Assembly: GCA_039586875.1 (NCBI GenBank)
Contig: JBDHJO010000004.1
Coordinates: 1 to 52,671, forward strand
Length of the DNA: 52,671 nt
Reading direction: 5' to 3'
DNA from: Gemmatimonadota bacterium
GTDB taxonomy: Bacteria; Gemmatimonadota; Gemmatimonadetes; Gemmatimonadales; GWC2-71-9
Shown one piece after another: positions 1-8,585 of the stretch (positions are counted from its first letter, which is position 1; each line of letters starts with the position of its first letter). Both the position numbers and the translations under genes were made by a program. Below the pieces are notes generated by a model. The model was not told the DNA's origin. It did not search any database and saw only the letters and a program-made list of their open reading frames with translations.

Positions 1-1101
1 TCCGGCAGCGCTCCGGTCCATCGGCGCTTCAGGCGCCATGCCGAACCCGAAATCCTCCGCGCGGCTGCCACGGTGCGGGCGAAGTTCCCCAAGACACGAA
101 AGAACACCGCCGGATACGCGCTCGATCACTTCCTCGACACTCGGCAGCTCCTCGATCTGTTCATCGGTTCGGAGGGCACGCTCGGCATCGTGACCGAGGT
201 CGATCTCACGCTCGACCCGCGACCCGCGTGCGTATCCAGCATCCTCGTGGCCCTACCGACCCTCGACGCGCTCCAACCTGCGGTGGAGGCCGTACGCACC
301 TTCGACCCCGCGGCAATTGAATTCCTCGACAGTTCGTATCTACGGATTGCCGAATACGACGCCTTCGCGACCGAGCAATGGGCCGGCGCCTTGTTGATCG
401 ACTTCGAGGGCGATGGCGAACAGGTCGGTGCCACGGCACAGGACGCGGCGGGGGCCGCCGGCGGCTTCGGCATCACCACCCGTGTTGCGAACACCCCGGA
501 CGAGCGGGAGCAGTTGTGGGCGCTGCGTCATGCAGCCAGTCCCGTCCTGTCCCGACTGCCGGATACGAGACGATCGCTCCAGATCATCGAAGACGGCTGC
601 GTGCCGCCGGCCCAACTCGGCACCTACATCACGGCCGTGCACGCGATCGCCGACGACCTGCATGTGCCAATCGTGGCGTTCGGCCACGCGGGTGACGGTC
701 ACCTGCACGTCAACGCCCTGGCGGACATCACCGACCCGCGCTGCGTAGCCACGCTTGGCGAGCTCCTCCACCAGGGTACGCGGCTCGCCATCGAGCTCGG
801 CGGTACACCCAGTGGCGAGCATGGGGACGGTCGTCTTCGCACGGGTGGTGTCGCGGACCTCTACGGCCCGGAAATCCTGCGCCTCTTTCACCACACCAAG
901 ACCGCGTTCGATCCGGCCGGGATTCTCAATCCTGGCGTGATCATCACAGAGGACGCCGACCCGGTACTCGCCGACCTCAAGGTCGGCACCGAGGCGACGG
1001 TGATTCCCGACGACGTGGCCGGCGCACTGCGCGCAGTCGAGCGCTCCGGTAACTGGGGCGTATCCCGCTTGGAGTTGCCTGACGCCAGCCCTCCCCCCTA
1101 A
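1..1101 (+). CDS. FAD-linked oxidase, C-terminal part (GlcD / D-lactate dehydrogenase-like); the 5' end lies outside the window
   Basis: Frame 1 is open from nt 1, with no stop before the listed start at 73. It contains GTLGIVTE, FGHAGDGHLHVN and GEHGDG...FDPAGILNPG blocks typical of the FAD_oxidase_C family. Confidence 0.8.
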   Translation, partial: SGSAPVHRRFRRHAEPEILRAAATVRAKFPKTRKNTAGYALDHFLDTRQLLDLFIGSEGTLGIVTEVDLTLDPRPACVSSILVALPTLDALQPAVEAVRTFDPAAIEFLDSSYLRIAEYDAFATEQWAGALLIDFEGDGEQVGATAQDAAGAAGGFGITTRVANTPDEREQLWALRHAASPVLSRLPDTRRSLQIIEDGCVPPAQLGTYITAVHAIADDLHVPIVAFGHAGDGHLHVNALADITDPRCVATLGELLHQGTRLAIELGGTPSGEHGDGRLRTGGVADLYGPEILRLFHHTKTAFDPAGILNPGVIITEDADPVLADLKVGTEATVIPDDVAGALRAVERSGNWGVSRLELPDASPPP

Positions 1102-1164
1102 TTCCTTATATACGCTCGGCAGCAACCCCTCGACATGGCGCCCTTCATCCCCGCCTGACCACCT

Positions 1165-1959
1165 ATGCGACCGTATCTCGACCTCCTGCAGCTCATACTC
1201 GACACCGGCGCCGTCAAGGAAGACCGAACCGGGACCGGCACCACCAGCATCTTCGGCCATCAGATGCGCTTCGACCTCCAGACGGGGTTCCCGCTGGTGA
1301 CGACCAAAAAGGTCCACCTGAAGTCCATCATCCACGAATTGCTCTGGTTCATCCGCGGGGAAACCAACGTGCAGTACCTCCGGGACCATGGCGTCACCAT
1401 CTGGGACGAGTGGGCGGACCCGGAAGGCAATCTCGGACCCATCTATGGCGCACAGTGGCGATCGTGGCCGGCGTCCGACGGGACGACGATCGATCAACTT
1501 GGTCGCGTCATCGATCACATCCGGTCGAATCCGGACTCGCGACGCCATGTCGTGAGCGCCTGGAACCCCGCCGACCTGCCGCGGATGGCGTTGCCGCCGT
1601 GCCACATCCTCTTCCAGTTCTACGTGGCCGACGGGCGCCTGTCGTGTCAGCTCTACCAGCGAAGCGCCGATGTCTTCCTCGGCGTGCCGTTCAACATCGC
1701 GTCCTATGCCCTTCTGACCCTCATGGTGGCGCAGAGCACCGGGCTAGCACCCGGCGAGTTCATCCACACCTTCGGCGACGTCCACCTCTACCGCAATCAC
1801 GTCGAGCAGGCGAGGGAGCAGCTCAGTCGGACACCGCGCCCGCTGCCAACGATGTCATTGAACCCATCCGTCACCTCCGTCTTCGACTTCACCTACGACG
1901 ACTTCCGACTGGACGGCTACGATCCCCATCCACGGATCGCCGCGCCGGTGGCCGTGTGA
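1165..1959 (+). CDS. thyA: thymidylate synthase
   Basis: 264 aa. It has the MRPYLDLL N-terminus, the catalytic ALPPCH block and [16 protein letters not shown]. The stop overlaps the folA start (GTGA). Confidence 0.95.
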   Translation: MRPYLDLLQLILDTGAVKEDRTGTGTTSIFGHQMRFDLQTGFPLVTTKKVHLKSIIHELLWFIRGETNVQYLRDHGVTIWDEWADPEGNLGPIYGAQWRSWPASDGTTIDQLGRVIDHIRSNPDSRRHVVSAWNPADLPRMALPPCHILFQFYVADGRLSCQLYQRSADVFLGVPFNIASYALLTLMVAQSTGLAPGEFIHTFGDVHLYRNHVEQAREQLSRTPRPLPTMSLNPSVTSVFDFTYDDFRLDGYDPHPRIAAPVAV

Positions 1960-2462
1960 TCCTCTCGCTAATCGCCGCCATGTCCGAAAACCGGGTGATC
2001 GGACAGGACGGTGCGCTCCCCTGGCGGCTGCCCCTGGACATGCGCCACTTCAAGGACCTCACGACCGGACACACCGTGATCATGGGACGCAAGACGTTCG
2101 AGACGCTGCCGGCGGCATTGCCGAACCGTCGCAACATCGTCATGACACGCGACGCGTCGTACCACCCGGACGGTGCGGAGGTTGCTCGTTCCCTCGACGA
2201 CGCGCTGCAGCGTGCTGCCGGGGACGACGAGGTGTTCGTCGCCGGCGGCGGTGAAGTGTATCGTCTCGCCCTCCCCCGAGCCGACCGGCTTTATCTCACG
2301 TTCGTGCACGTTTCGGTGGACGGCGACACACACTTTCCTCCGTTCGATGATCGGCAGTGGCGCCTCGTACGAGACGAGCGACACGAGCCCGACGATCGGC
2401 ACGCGCATGCGTTCAGTTTTCGCACGTACGAGCGCGACACACCTCTCAACGACGACGTGTAG
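1956..2462 (+). CDS. folA: dihydrofolate reductase
   Basis: An in-frame GTG at 1956 overlaps the thyA stop. [27 protein letters not shown] and [10 protein letters not shown] blocks are present. The listed ORF start at 1410 is an in-frame extension inside thyA. Confidence 0.9.
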   Translation: MILSLIAAMSENRVIGQDGALPWRLPLDMRHFKDLTTGHTVIMGRKTFETLPAALPNRRNIVMTRDASYHPDGAEVARSLDDALQRAAGDDEVFVAGGGEVYRLALPRADRLYLTFVHVSVDGDTHFPPFDDRQWRLVRDERHEPDDRHAHAFSFRTYERDTPLNDDV

Positions 2463-2541
2463 GCCACGACGACATCGGTCGTCGAGCGTTGTGACGACCA
2501 CCATCGACCATCATCACGTCATCCGAAGTTCAAAAAAACTA

Positions 2542-2609
2542 TTGCGCATCGGCACATCATTTCGTATCGTGTTGCGCAACACACACTTCCAATGGCATTG
2601 CTTTGCGCA
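2542..2609. promoter_or_regulatory. three copies of the heptamer TTGCGCA (2542-2548, 2572-2578, 2603-2609) in the lower-GC region upstream of the ATP-grasp operon
   Basis: Read directly from the sequence. Spacing is 30 and 31 bp. The core TGCGCA is palindromic, and the third copy contains the TTG start codon. Function is not established. Confidence 0.3.
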
Positions 2610-3682
2610 TAGGGCTCGCATACAACCAGCGACCGGACGACGTTGTGGCAGACCACGACGGCGAGCGTCGCACTACCTTCGAGCCTCTCTCCGATGCGTA
2701 CGTCGAGTGGGATGACGACGAGACGATCAGTGCGGTTGCGAACGCGTTGTCCGTCTTCGGTGAGGTCGTGCGCCTCGAAGCGATCGGTGATTTCCCCTCG
2801 CGTCTCCGCGACGCGGAGATCGACTTCCTGTTCAACATGGCGGAGGGCACGCACGGTCCGAACCGCGAAGCCCACGTCCCGGCGATTGCAGAGTTCTTCG
2901 ACATTCCCTACCTGGGCAGCGATCCGCTGACCCTCGGACTCTCCCTGCACAAGGTCCGCGCCAAGGAGGTCTTCCAGCAGCGCGGGATCCCCACGCCGGC
3001 ATATACGTGGCTCGCGAGTGTGGACGACTTGCCGATACTGGCGAACGGCCAGCGGTATCCCGTGTTCCTGAAACCCGCGTGGGAGGGATCGTCGAAGGGC
3101 ATTGCGGAAGCCAACTATGTGGAAGACGCCGAGCGTGCGCAGGCGCAAGCTCGCCACTTGCTGACGACCTACCAGCAGCCAGTGCTGGCCGAAGCGTATC
3201 TCCCCGGCGACGAGTTCACGGTCGCCATCCTCGGCAACGGCCGCGACGCACGTGCCTTGCCGATCATCCGCTATCGATTCGAAGGGTTGCCGGCCGAGGC
3301 ACTTCCGATCATGGGCTACGAGGCCAAGTGGAAGTGGGACGTCCCGGACAACCCGCTCGAGATCCTCGAGTGTCCGGCCCAGGTCGACGGCTTGACCGCT
3401 GACGGCATCGTCGAGACCGCCATTGCCGCGTACCACGCGCTGGGGTGCCGCGACTGGGCGCGCGTCGACATCCGACTCGACGGTGCGGGCACACCGCACG
3501 TCTTGGAAATCAACCCGCTGCCGGGGATCATTCCGGATCCCATCGCCAACAGCTGCTTCCCCTGTGCAGCCCTGGCGGCGGGCATGACATACGACGAGTT
3601 GATCCAGCGTGCCGTGCAGATCGCGTGGCGGCGAACGACGGGGCAGGACCTGACCGCTCTTCCACAAGGAGTTACATCCTGA
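2603..3682 (+). CDS. D-alanine--D-alanine ligase-like ATP-grasp enzyme (paralog 1)
   Basis: TTG start, 359 aa. It has FLKPAWEGSSKGI and the C-terminal ARVDIRLDGAGTPHVLEINPLPG block typical of Ddl-type ATP-grasp folds. Confidence 0.8.
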   Translation: MRIGLAYNQRPDDVVADHDGERRTTFEPLSDAYVEWDDDETISAVANALSVFGEVVRLEAIGDFPSRLRDAEIDFLFNMAEGTHGPNREAHVPAIAEFFDIPYLGSDPLTLGLSLHKVRAKEVFQQRGIPTPAYTWLASVDDLPILANGQRYPVFLKPAWEGSSKGIAEANYVEDAERAQAQARHLLTTYQQPVLAEAYLPGDEFTVAILGNGRDARALPIIRYRFEGLPAEALPIMGYEAKWKWDVPDNPLEILECPAQVDGLTADGIVETAIAAYHALGCRDWARVDIRLDGAGTPHVLEINPLPGIIPDPIANSCFPCAALAAGMTYDELIQRAVQIAWRRTTGQDLTALPQGVTS

Positions 3683-4671
3683 GAATCGCGGTCATCTACG
3701 ACAGCGGGGCCGACACCTGGACGCCTGAAGACATTCAGGCGGTGTTGGTGTCGGTACAGGGTATCTCTGCCGTACTCGCGGAGCGCAGCCACGAGGTCGT
3801 GCGGATTCCGGTGGACGGCGATCTCGCGTGGTTCGATGAGGTCCGGCGTGCGGATCTCGTTTTCAACCTGTGCGAGGGGATGGGCGGCGTGAGCAGGCTC
3901 GAGTACCCGGTGGCGGCCGCGATCGAGCTCGCGGGCATTCCGATGACGGGGACGTCGTCGTGGACGATGACGATTTGCCATCGCAAGCCGGTACTGAATG
4001 CACTGCTTGCCGGTTACGGGCTGCCCGTGCCCCGTTGGACGGTCCCGGGGCGGGGCGGGGATGCCGCGGACTTCCTCTTGCCGGCCATCGTCAAGCCGGC
4101 AGCGGAGGACGCCAGCATCGGCATCGAGCAGAGTTCCGTGGTCGCCACGCCGGAGGCACTCCAGCGTCGTGTCGCGCGGATGCAGGAGCGTCACGGCGAC
4201 GTCGTCGTTCAGGAATACGTGCCGGGGCGGGAGTTCAATGTCGGGTTTGTCGGCAACACGATTCTCCCGATCTCGGAGATCGACTTCTCCGATATGCCGA
4301 GCGGTGCGTGGCCGATCGTCTCCTTTGCCGGCAAGTGGCATGAAGACAGTGACGAGTTCGCAGGCACGCAGCCCGTGTGTCCGGCGGAGGTCACCCCGGG
4401 TGTCGCGCGCACGTTGCGCGACGTGGCGGCGGCGGCGTGGTCCGCGGTGGAGGGCAAGGGATACGGGCGCGTCGACCTGCGGCTCGATGCCGACGGGCAA
4501 CCGTGGATCCTCGAAGTCAATCCGAACCCAGATCTGTCGGACGATGCGGGGCTCGCCAATATGGCGCGGGCGGGCGGCTGGTCGTATGACGAGCTGGTGG
4601 CCAAGATCGTCGACGCGGCTGGTACCGCGCAGGATCAGCGCGATGCCCTGGCCGGAGTATCTGCGGCATGA
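3679..4671 (+). CDS. D-alanine--D-alanine ligase-like ATP-grasp enzyme (paralog 2)
   Basis: IVKPAAEDASIGI and GRVDLRLDADGQPWILEVNPNPD blocks are present. The N-terminus LRIAVIYD aligns with MRIGLAYN of paralog 1. AAGGAG lies at 3666-3671, followed by CTG at 3679, which overlaps the upstream stop (CTGA). An alternative GTG start is at 3625. Confidence 0.75.
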   Translation: MRIAVIYDSGADTWTPEDIQAVLVSVQGISAVLAERSHEVVRIPVDGDLAWFDEVRRADLVFNLCEGMGGVSRLEYPVAAAIELAGIPMTGTSSWTMTICHRKPVLNALLAGYGLPVPRWTVPGRGGDAADFLLPAIVKPAAEDASIGIEQSSVVATPEALQRRVARMQERHGDVVVQEYVPGREFNVGFVGNTILPISEIDFSDMPSGAWPIVSFAGKWHEDSDEFAGTQPVCPAEVTPGVARTLRDVAAAAWSAVEGKGYGRVDLRLDADGQPWILEVNPNPDLSDDAGLANMARAGGWSYDELVAKIVDAAGTAQDQRDALAGVSAA

Positions 4672-5189
4672 GTGCGACCGAGCTGGTGACGACGCTGGGC
4701 CCGCTCCGAGCGGCAGACCGGCAGCGCATTCCGGCCATGGTCGATGCCACCGGCGTCTTCCGGCCGGACGAGGTCGACGTGGCCGTCGAAGTGTTCGACG
4801 GTGCCGTGACACAACCTGGGGTCGATTACCACGGGATCGGGGCGTACGAGGATGATCGGCTCGTCGGTTTCGCCCTGTTCGGCCAGACGCCGTGCACCGT
4901 GGCCACGTGGGATCTCTACTGGATCGTCGTCGATCCGTCTGCGCAACGCGGCGGGGTCGGGCGACGCCTGATGAGTGCCGCCGAGCACGCGATCGCGGGA
5001 CACAACGGGACACTCGTCGTTGTCGAAACGTCGTCTCGCGATGACTACGAGCCGACGCGACGGTTTTACGAGTCCATCGGTTACGACCGAGCTGCGCGCA
5101 TTGCGCACTACTACGCGCCCAACGACGATCTCGTCGTATACACCAAGCTCCTCGATCCTCCCGAACAATCTGTGGGGCACTATGGCTGA
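4668..5189 (+). CDS. GNAT family N-acetyltransferase (173 aa)
   Basis: The ATG overlaps the upstream stop (ATGA). WIVVDPSAQRGGVGRRLM matches GNAT motif A (acetyl-CoA site). Confidence 0.8.
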   Translation: MSATELVTTLGPLRAADRQRIPAMVDATGVFRPDEVDVAVEVFDGAVTQPGVDYHGIGAYEDDRLVGFALFGQTPCTVATWDLYWIVVDPSAQRGGVGRRLMSAAEHAIAGHNGTLVVVETSSRDDYEPTRRFYESIGYDRAARIAHYYAPNDDLVVYTKLLDPPEQSVGHYG

Positions 5190-6351
5190 TTGGCAGAAAC
5201 TTCTGCACGAGCGCGGTATTCGGACGCTCCAACAACTCGTGGAGAAGTTTGGGGAAGAGCACTTCCCCGACCTTCCCCGGTTGCAGGCAGCGGTCGACAA
5301 CTTCGAGTTTCGCATCTCACCCCCGATGGTCGATCTGATCACGGAACCGGGCGATCCCATCTGGCGACAGTATGTGCCGGATCTGGACGAGCTCGACGTC
5401 GTCGACGGTGTCCTCGACAGCCTGGACGAGGAGGGTGACAGCCCGGTGCCGAACATTACGCACCGCTATCCGGACCGCGCGCTCTTCCTCGTGAGCCCGG
5501 TCTGTGCCGCATACTGCAGATTCTGTACTCGACGGCGGAAGGTCGGGGACCCCGAGAAGATCCCTCTGGCGCAGCTCGAGAGCGGATTTCAGTACCTGGA
5601 GGAGCACACCGAGATCCGGGATGTGATCTTGTCGGGTGGCGATCCGCTGTTGTTGTCGGATCGGCGGTTGGACCTCATTCTCGGACGGCTGCGGAAGATC
5701 CCGCACCTCGAGGTGATCCGCATCGGCTCGCGAGTGCCCTGCCACCTGCCGGAGCGCATTACGCCCGAGCTGTGTGACGTGCTGCGGAAGTACCACCCGC
5801 TGTACATCAACACACACTTCAATCACCCGGTCGAGCTCACCCCGGCGGCCGTCAAGGGGCTGGGCATGCTTGCCGATGCCGGCGTGCCTTTGGGGTGCCA
5901 GACGGTGCTTCTCACCGGCGTGAACGACGACGTCGAAGTGATGAAGGAGTTGGTCCACCGGTTGCTCGCGGCTCGCGTCCGTCCGTACTACATCTTCATG
6001 TGCGACAACGTCGCAGGGGTCGAGCACTTCAAGTCGACCGTCGAGAAGGGCCTGGAAATCATCCGCGGCCTTCGGGGCTGGACCAGTGGCCTGGCCGTAC
6101 CGCATTTCGTGATCGACGCACCTGGTGGCGGCGGCAAGATCCCGCTCCTCCCCGAGTACGTCGAGGAAATCACCGAAGCTGAGGTCGTCATGCGGAACTA
6201 CCAGGGCGATCGGTTCCGGTATCCGCAGCCTCGTCAGGAAGCGCTCATCGCCGCCGGCTTGGCCGAACCGGAATACGGAATGCTCCGCATGGTCGAGCAA
6301 TCGGTCGGCCCCGGTAACGGGAACGGCAAACACAATGCGGGCCTGGGGTGA
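5182..6351 (+). CDS. KamA-family radical-SAM/PLP aminomutase (lysine 2,3-aminomutase-like)
   Basis: CAAYCRFCTRR carries the CxxxCxxC motif (5503-5526). VIDAPGGGGK is the PLP-lysine block, and there is a YYIFMCDNVAG block. The ATG at 5182 overlaps the GNAT stop by 8 nt. Confidence 0.9.
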   Translation: MADWQKLLHERGIRTLQQLVEKFGEEHFPDLPRLQAAVDNFEFRISPPMVDLITEPGDPIWRQYVPDLDELDVVDGVLDSLDEEGDSPVPNITHRYPDRALFLVSPVCAAYCRFCTRRRKVGDPEKIPLAQLESGFQYLEEHTEIRDVILSGGDPLLLSDRRLDLILGRLRKIPHLEVIRIGSRVPCHLPERITPELCDVLRKYHPLYINTHFNHPVELTPAAVKGLGMLADAGVPLGCQTVLLTGVNDDVEVMKELVHRLLAARVRPYYIFMCDNVAGVEHFKSTVEKGLEIIRGLRGWTSGLAVPHFVIDAPGGGGKIPLLPEYVEEITEAEVVMRNYQGDRFRYPQPRQEALIAAGLAEPEYGMLRMVEQSVGPGNGNGKHNAGLG

Positions 6352-6363
6352 TACCCCAGGCCC
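6339..6363. terminator. 10-bp perfect hairpin between the convergent kamA-like and EF-G-like genes
   Basis: GGGCCTGGGG-tgata-CCCCAGGCCC. The kamA-like stop codon sits in the loop. There is no strong U-tract on either strand. Confidence 0.5.
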
Positions 6364-6387
6364 GCGTCGTATTTCGCGATGTGCCAA

Positions 6388-8484
6388 CTACGCGCGCTCT
6401 TCCTCCAACTCCTTCTCGCGCTCGGCGCGGATCTTGTCGGCCGCTTCCGCCGGCACTTCCTGGTACGTGGAAAACGACCAATGGAAGGTACCGCGCCCGT
6501 GCGTCATCGAATGAAGCTGCGTCGCATAGCGGTACATCTCGGCTTCGGGAACGAACGCATTGACCTTGGTCAGACGACCATCTGCCTCGCTCCCGAGGAT
6601 CTGGCCGCGACGTGAGGAGAGATCGCCCATCACCTCCCCGAGGTTCTCGTCCGGCGTCCACACCTCGACCTCGAGGATCGGCTCCAAGAGCACCGGCTTG
6701 GCCTTGGCTGCCACGTTCTTGAACGCGAGGATGCCCGCCATCTTGAATGACTGCTCCGAGCTGTCCACGTCGTGATAGGACCCGTCGTAGCACTCGACCT
6801 TGAAGTCGACCATCGGATAACTCGCGATCACGCCGCGGACCGCCGCCTCTTGAATCCCCTTGTCGACCGCGGGGATGTATTTGTTGGGGATCACGCCGCC
6901 TTTGATCTGATCCTCGAACTCGTAGCCGCTTCCACGAGGCAACGGTGCGAGCCGGATCCAACAGTCGCCGAACTGGCCACGTCCTCCGGTTTGCTTCTTG
7001 TGACGGCCTTGCCCCTCCGCCTTCCCTTTCAGGGTCTCGCGATAGGCGACCTTCGGTTTGCCGAGCTCCGCGTGCACCCCGAACTTGCGCTCCAGGCGAC
7101 CGATGACGATCTCGAGGTGCCGCTCGCCACGACCACCAACGAGGGTCTGGCGTAGTTCCGGATTGAACTTGTGCGTGAACGTCGGGTCTTCCTCGTGCAG
7201 CTTATGGAGCCCGGTCGACAGCTTCTCTTCCTCCCCGCGCTGCTTGACCTCCACGGACAGGACCGTGAGCGGTTCCGGGAACGGAATCTTGGGAAGCACG
7301 ACCGGGTGCCCCTCGGTCGAGAGCGTGTCGTTCGTGTGCGTGTCCTTGAGCTTGGCCACCACCCCGATGTCGCCGACATGGAGCTCCGGCACCTCTGTTC
7401 GCTCTTTCCCCTGCGCAACTGATAGGTGATTGAGCTTCTCGTGCAGGCTCCGGGGCGCATTGTACACGCTCGCGCCGTTCGCAAGCTTGCCGGCGTAGAT
7501 GCGAAACAGGGTCACGTCGCCGACATGTGGCTCGGACACGGTCTTGAACACCTGCGCAACGAACGGTGCGTCGTCACTCGCCTCGACTTCGACGGCTTCA
7601 GCACTACCCCACTTTTCCGCAGTGACCGCGGGTCGGTCGGACGGTGCCGGCGCCAGTTCCGTGAGCTTGGACAGCAGCGCGCGCATGCCGTACGTCGCGG
7701 TCGCCGATCCACAGAGCAGCGGGCAGATCTCACCGGCAGCGACCGCCTTCTTCATGGCTGCGATCGCCTCGTCCCGAGTGATCTCCTCGCCGCCCAAATA
7801 CCGCTCGAGCAGATCGTCGTTCGTCGTGGCGATCGTCTCCATCAGTTCCTGTGAGTACTGCTCCAACCGCTCGCGGTATTCCTCGGGCACGTCGATCTCG
7901 TCGTATTCCCCGGTGCTCGTGCCCGACTTGTACATGTGGCATTTCTTCGAGAAGAGGTTGATGATGCCACGGAAGTCGGGACCCTCGCCGACCGGAATCT
8001 CGATCGGGACAACGGCGCTCGTGAGGTGGTCCTTGATGTCCGCGTAGACCTTCTCGAAATCCGCGTTTTCCTTGTCGAGCAGCGACAGGAAGAAGAACCG
8101 CGGAATCCCGCGATCGGTTGCGTACTCCCACACCTTCTCGGTTCCGACCTCCACGCCGGCCGTGGCGCTCACGACTACCAGAGCGGAGTCGGCGGCGGCG
8201 ATGCCGGCGAGGGCATCGCCGATGAAGTCGAGGTATCCCGGGGTGTCGATGAGGTTGATCTTGACGCCGTTCCACTCGGCGTGAGCCAGGGCAAGGCTGA
8301 TGGAATACTGGCGTTCGATCTCGTCTGGAGTGTAGTCCGTAAGCGCGGTGCCCTGCTGTACCGATCCATGTCTGGAGCTGCTTCCGGCCACGAACGCGAG
8401 CGCATCGACCAGTGTCGTCTTGCCGCTTGCGCCGTGGCCGACGACCGCTACGTTGCGGATCTTATCTCCTGTGTAGACCTTCAC
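6388..8484 (-). CDS. elongation factor G paralog (EFG-II-like, divergent GTPase motifs)
   Basis: P-loop VGHGASGKTT and DTPG are present, with full five-domain EF-G collinearity. The start is taken at the GTG at 8484, 7 nt after GGAGG. The listed start at 8541 lacks an RBS. Confidence 0.9.
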   Translation of the reverse strand: MKVYTGDKIRNVAVVGHGASGKTTLVDALAFVAGSSSRHGSVQQGTALTDYTPDEIERQYSISLALAHAEWNGVKINLIDTPGYLDFIGDALAGIAAADSALVVVSATAGVEVGTEKVWEYATDRGIPRFFFLSLLDKENADFEKVYADIKDHLTSAVVPIEIPVGEGPDFRGIINLFSKKCHMYKSGTSTGEYDEIDVPEEYRERLEQYSQELMETIATTNDDLLERYLGGEEITRDEAIAAMKKAVAAGEICPLLCGSATATYGMRALLSKLTELAPAPSDRPAVTAEKWGSAEAVEVEASDDAPFVAQVFKTVSEPHVGDVTLFRIYAGKLANGASVYNAPRSLHEKLNHLSVAQGKERTEVPELHVGDIGVVAKLKDTHTNDTLSTEGHPVVLPKIPFPEPLTVLSVEVKQRGEEEKLSTGLHKLHEEDPTFTHKFNPELRQTLVGGRGERHLEIVIGRLERKFGVHAELGKPKVAYRETLKGKAEGQGRHKKQTGGRGQFGDCWIRLAPLPRGSGYEFEDQIKGGVIPNKYIPAVDKGIQEAAVRGVIASYPMVDFKVECYDGSYHDVDSSEQSFKMAGILAFKNVAAKAKPVLLEPILEVEVWTPDENLGEVMGDLSSRRGQILGSEADGRLTKVNAFVPEAEMYRYATQLHSMTHGRGTFHWSFSTYQEVPAEAADKIRAEREKELEEERA

Positions 8485-8585
8485 GGTCACACCTCCTTCA
8501 ATTGGGACCCGGAACATGGACCCGGGCACAGTAGGTCGCAAGGGCGCTCCGGCCCGGCCATACGCCCCACCATCTGGAGGCTGAA

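Noticed and set aside
2603-5189. A microviridin/graspetide-type RiPP cluster (two ATP-grasp enzymes plus a GNAT).
   Set aside because: The ligases carry Ddl-type blocks (RVD..LD..G.P..LE.NP.PG) rather than MdnB/C RimK-like sequence. No short precursor-peptide ORF is visible in the 140-bp upstream region or between the genes.
3316-5262. 648-aa minus-strand ORF. Similar long antisense ORFs include 340-1605, 2519-3667, 27160-28629, 38575-40338, 49415-51937 and 12676-13554.
   Set aside because: They run antisense to genes with clear family motifs, and their translations are Arg/Pro/Ala/Gly-rich low-complexity strings with no motifs. This is the typical stop-codon-poor shadow frame of GC-rich DNA.
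5182-6351. The KamA-like gene as EpmB (EF-P beta-lysylation), possibly linked to the neighbouring translation factor gene.
   Set aside because: The neighbour is an EF-G paralog on the opposite strand, not efp. No epmA (truncated LysRS) is present. The gene overlaps a GNAT and sits in an operon with ligases. At 389 aa it is longer than typical EpmB.
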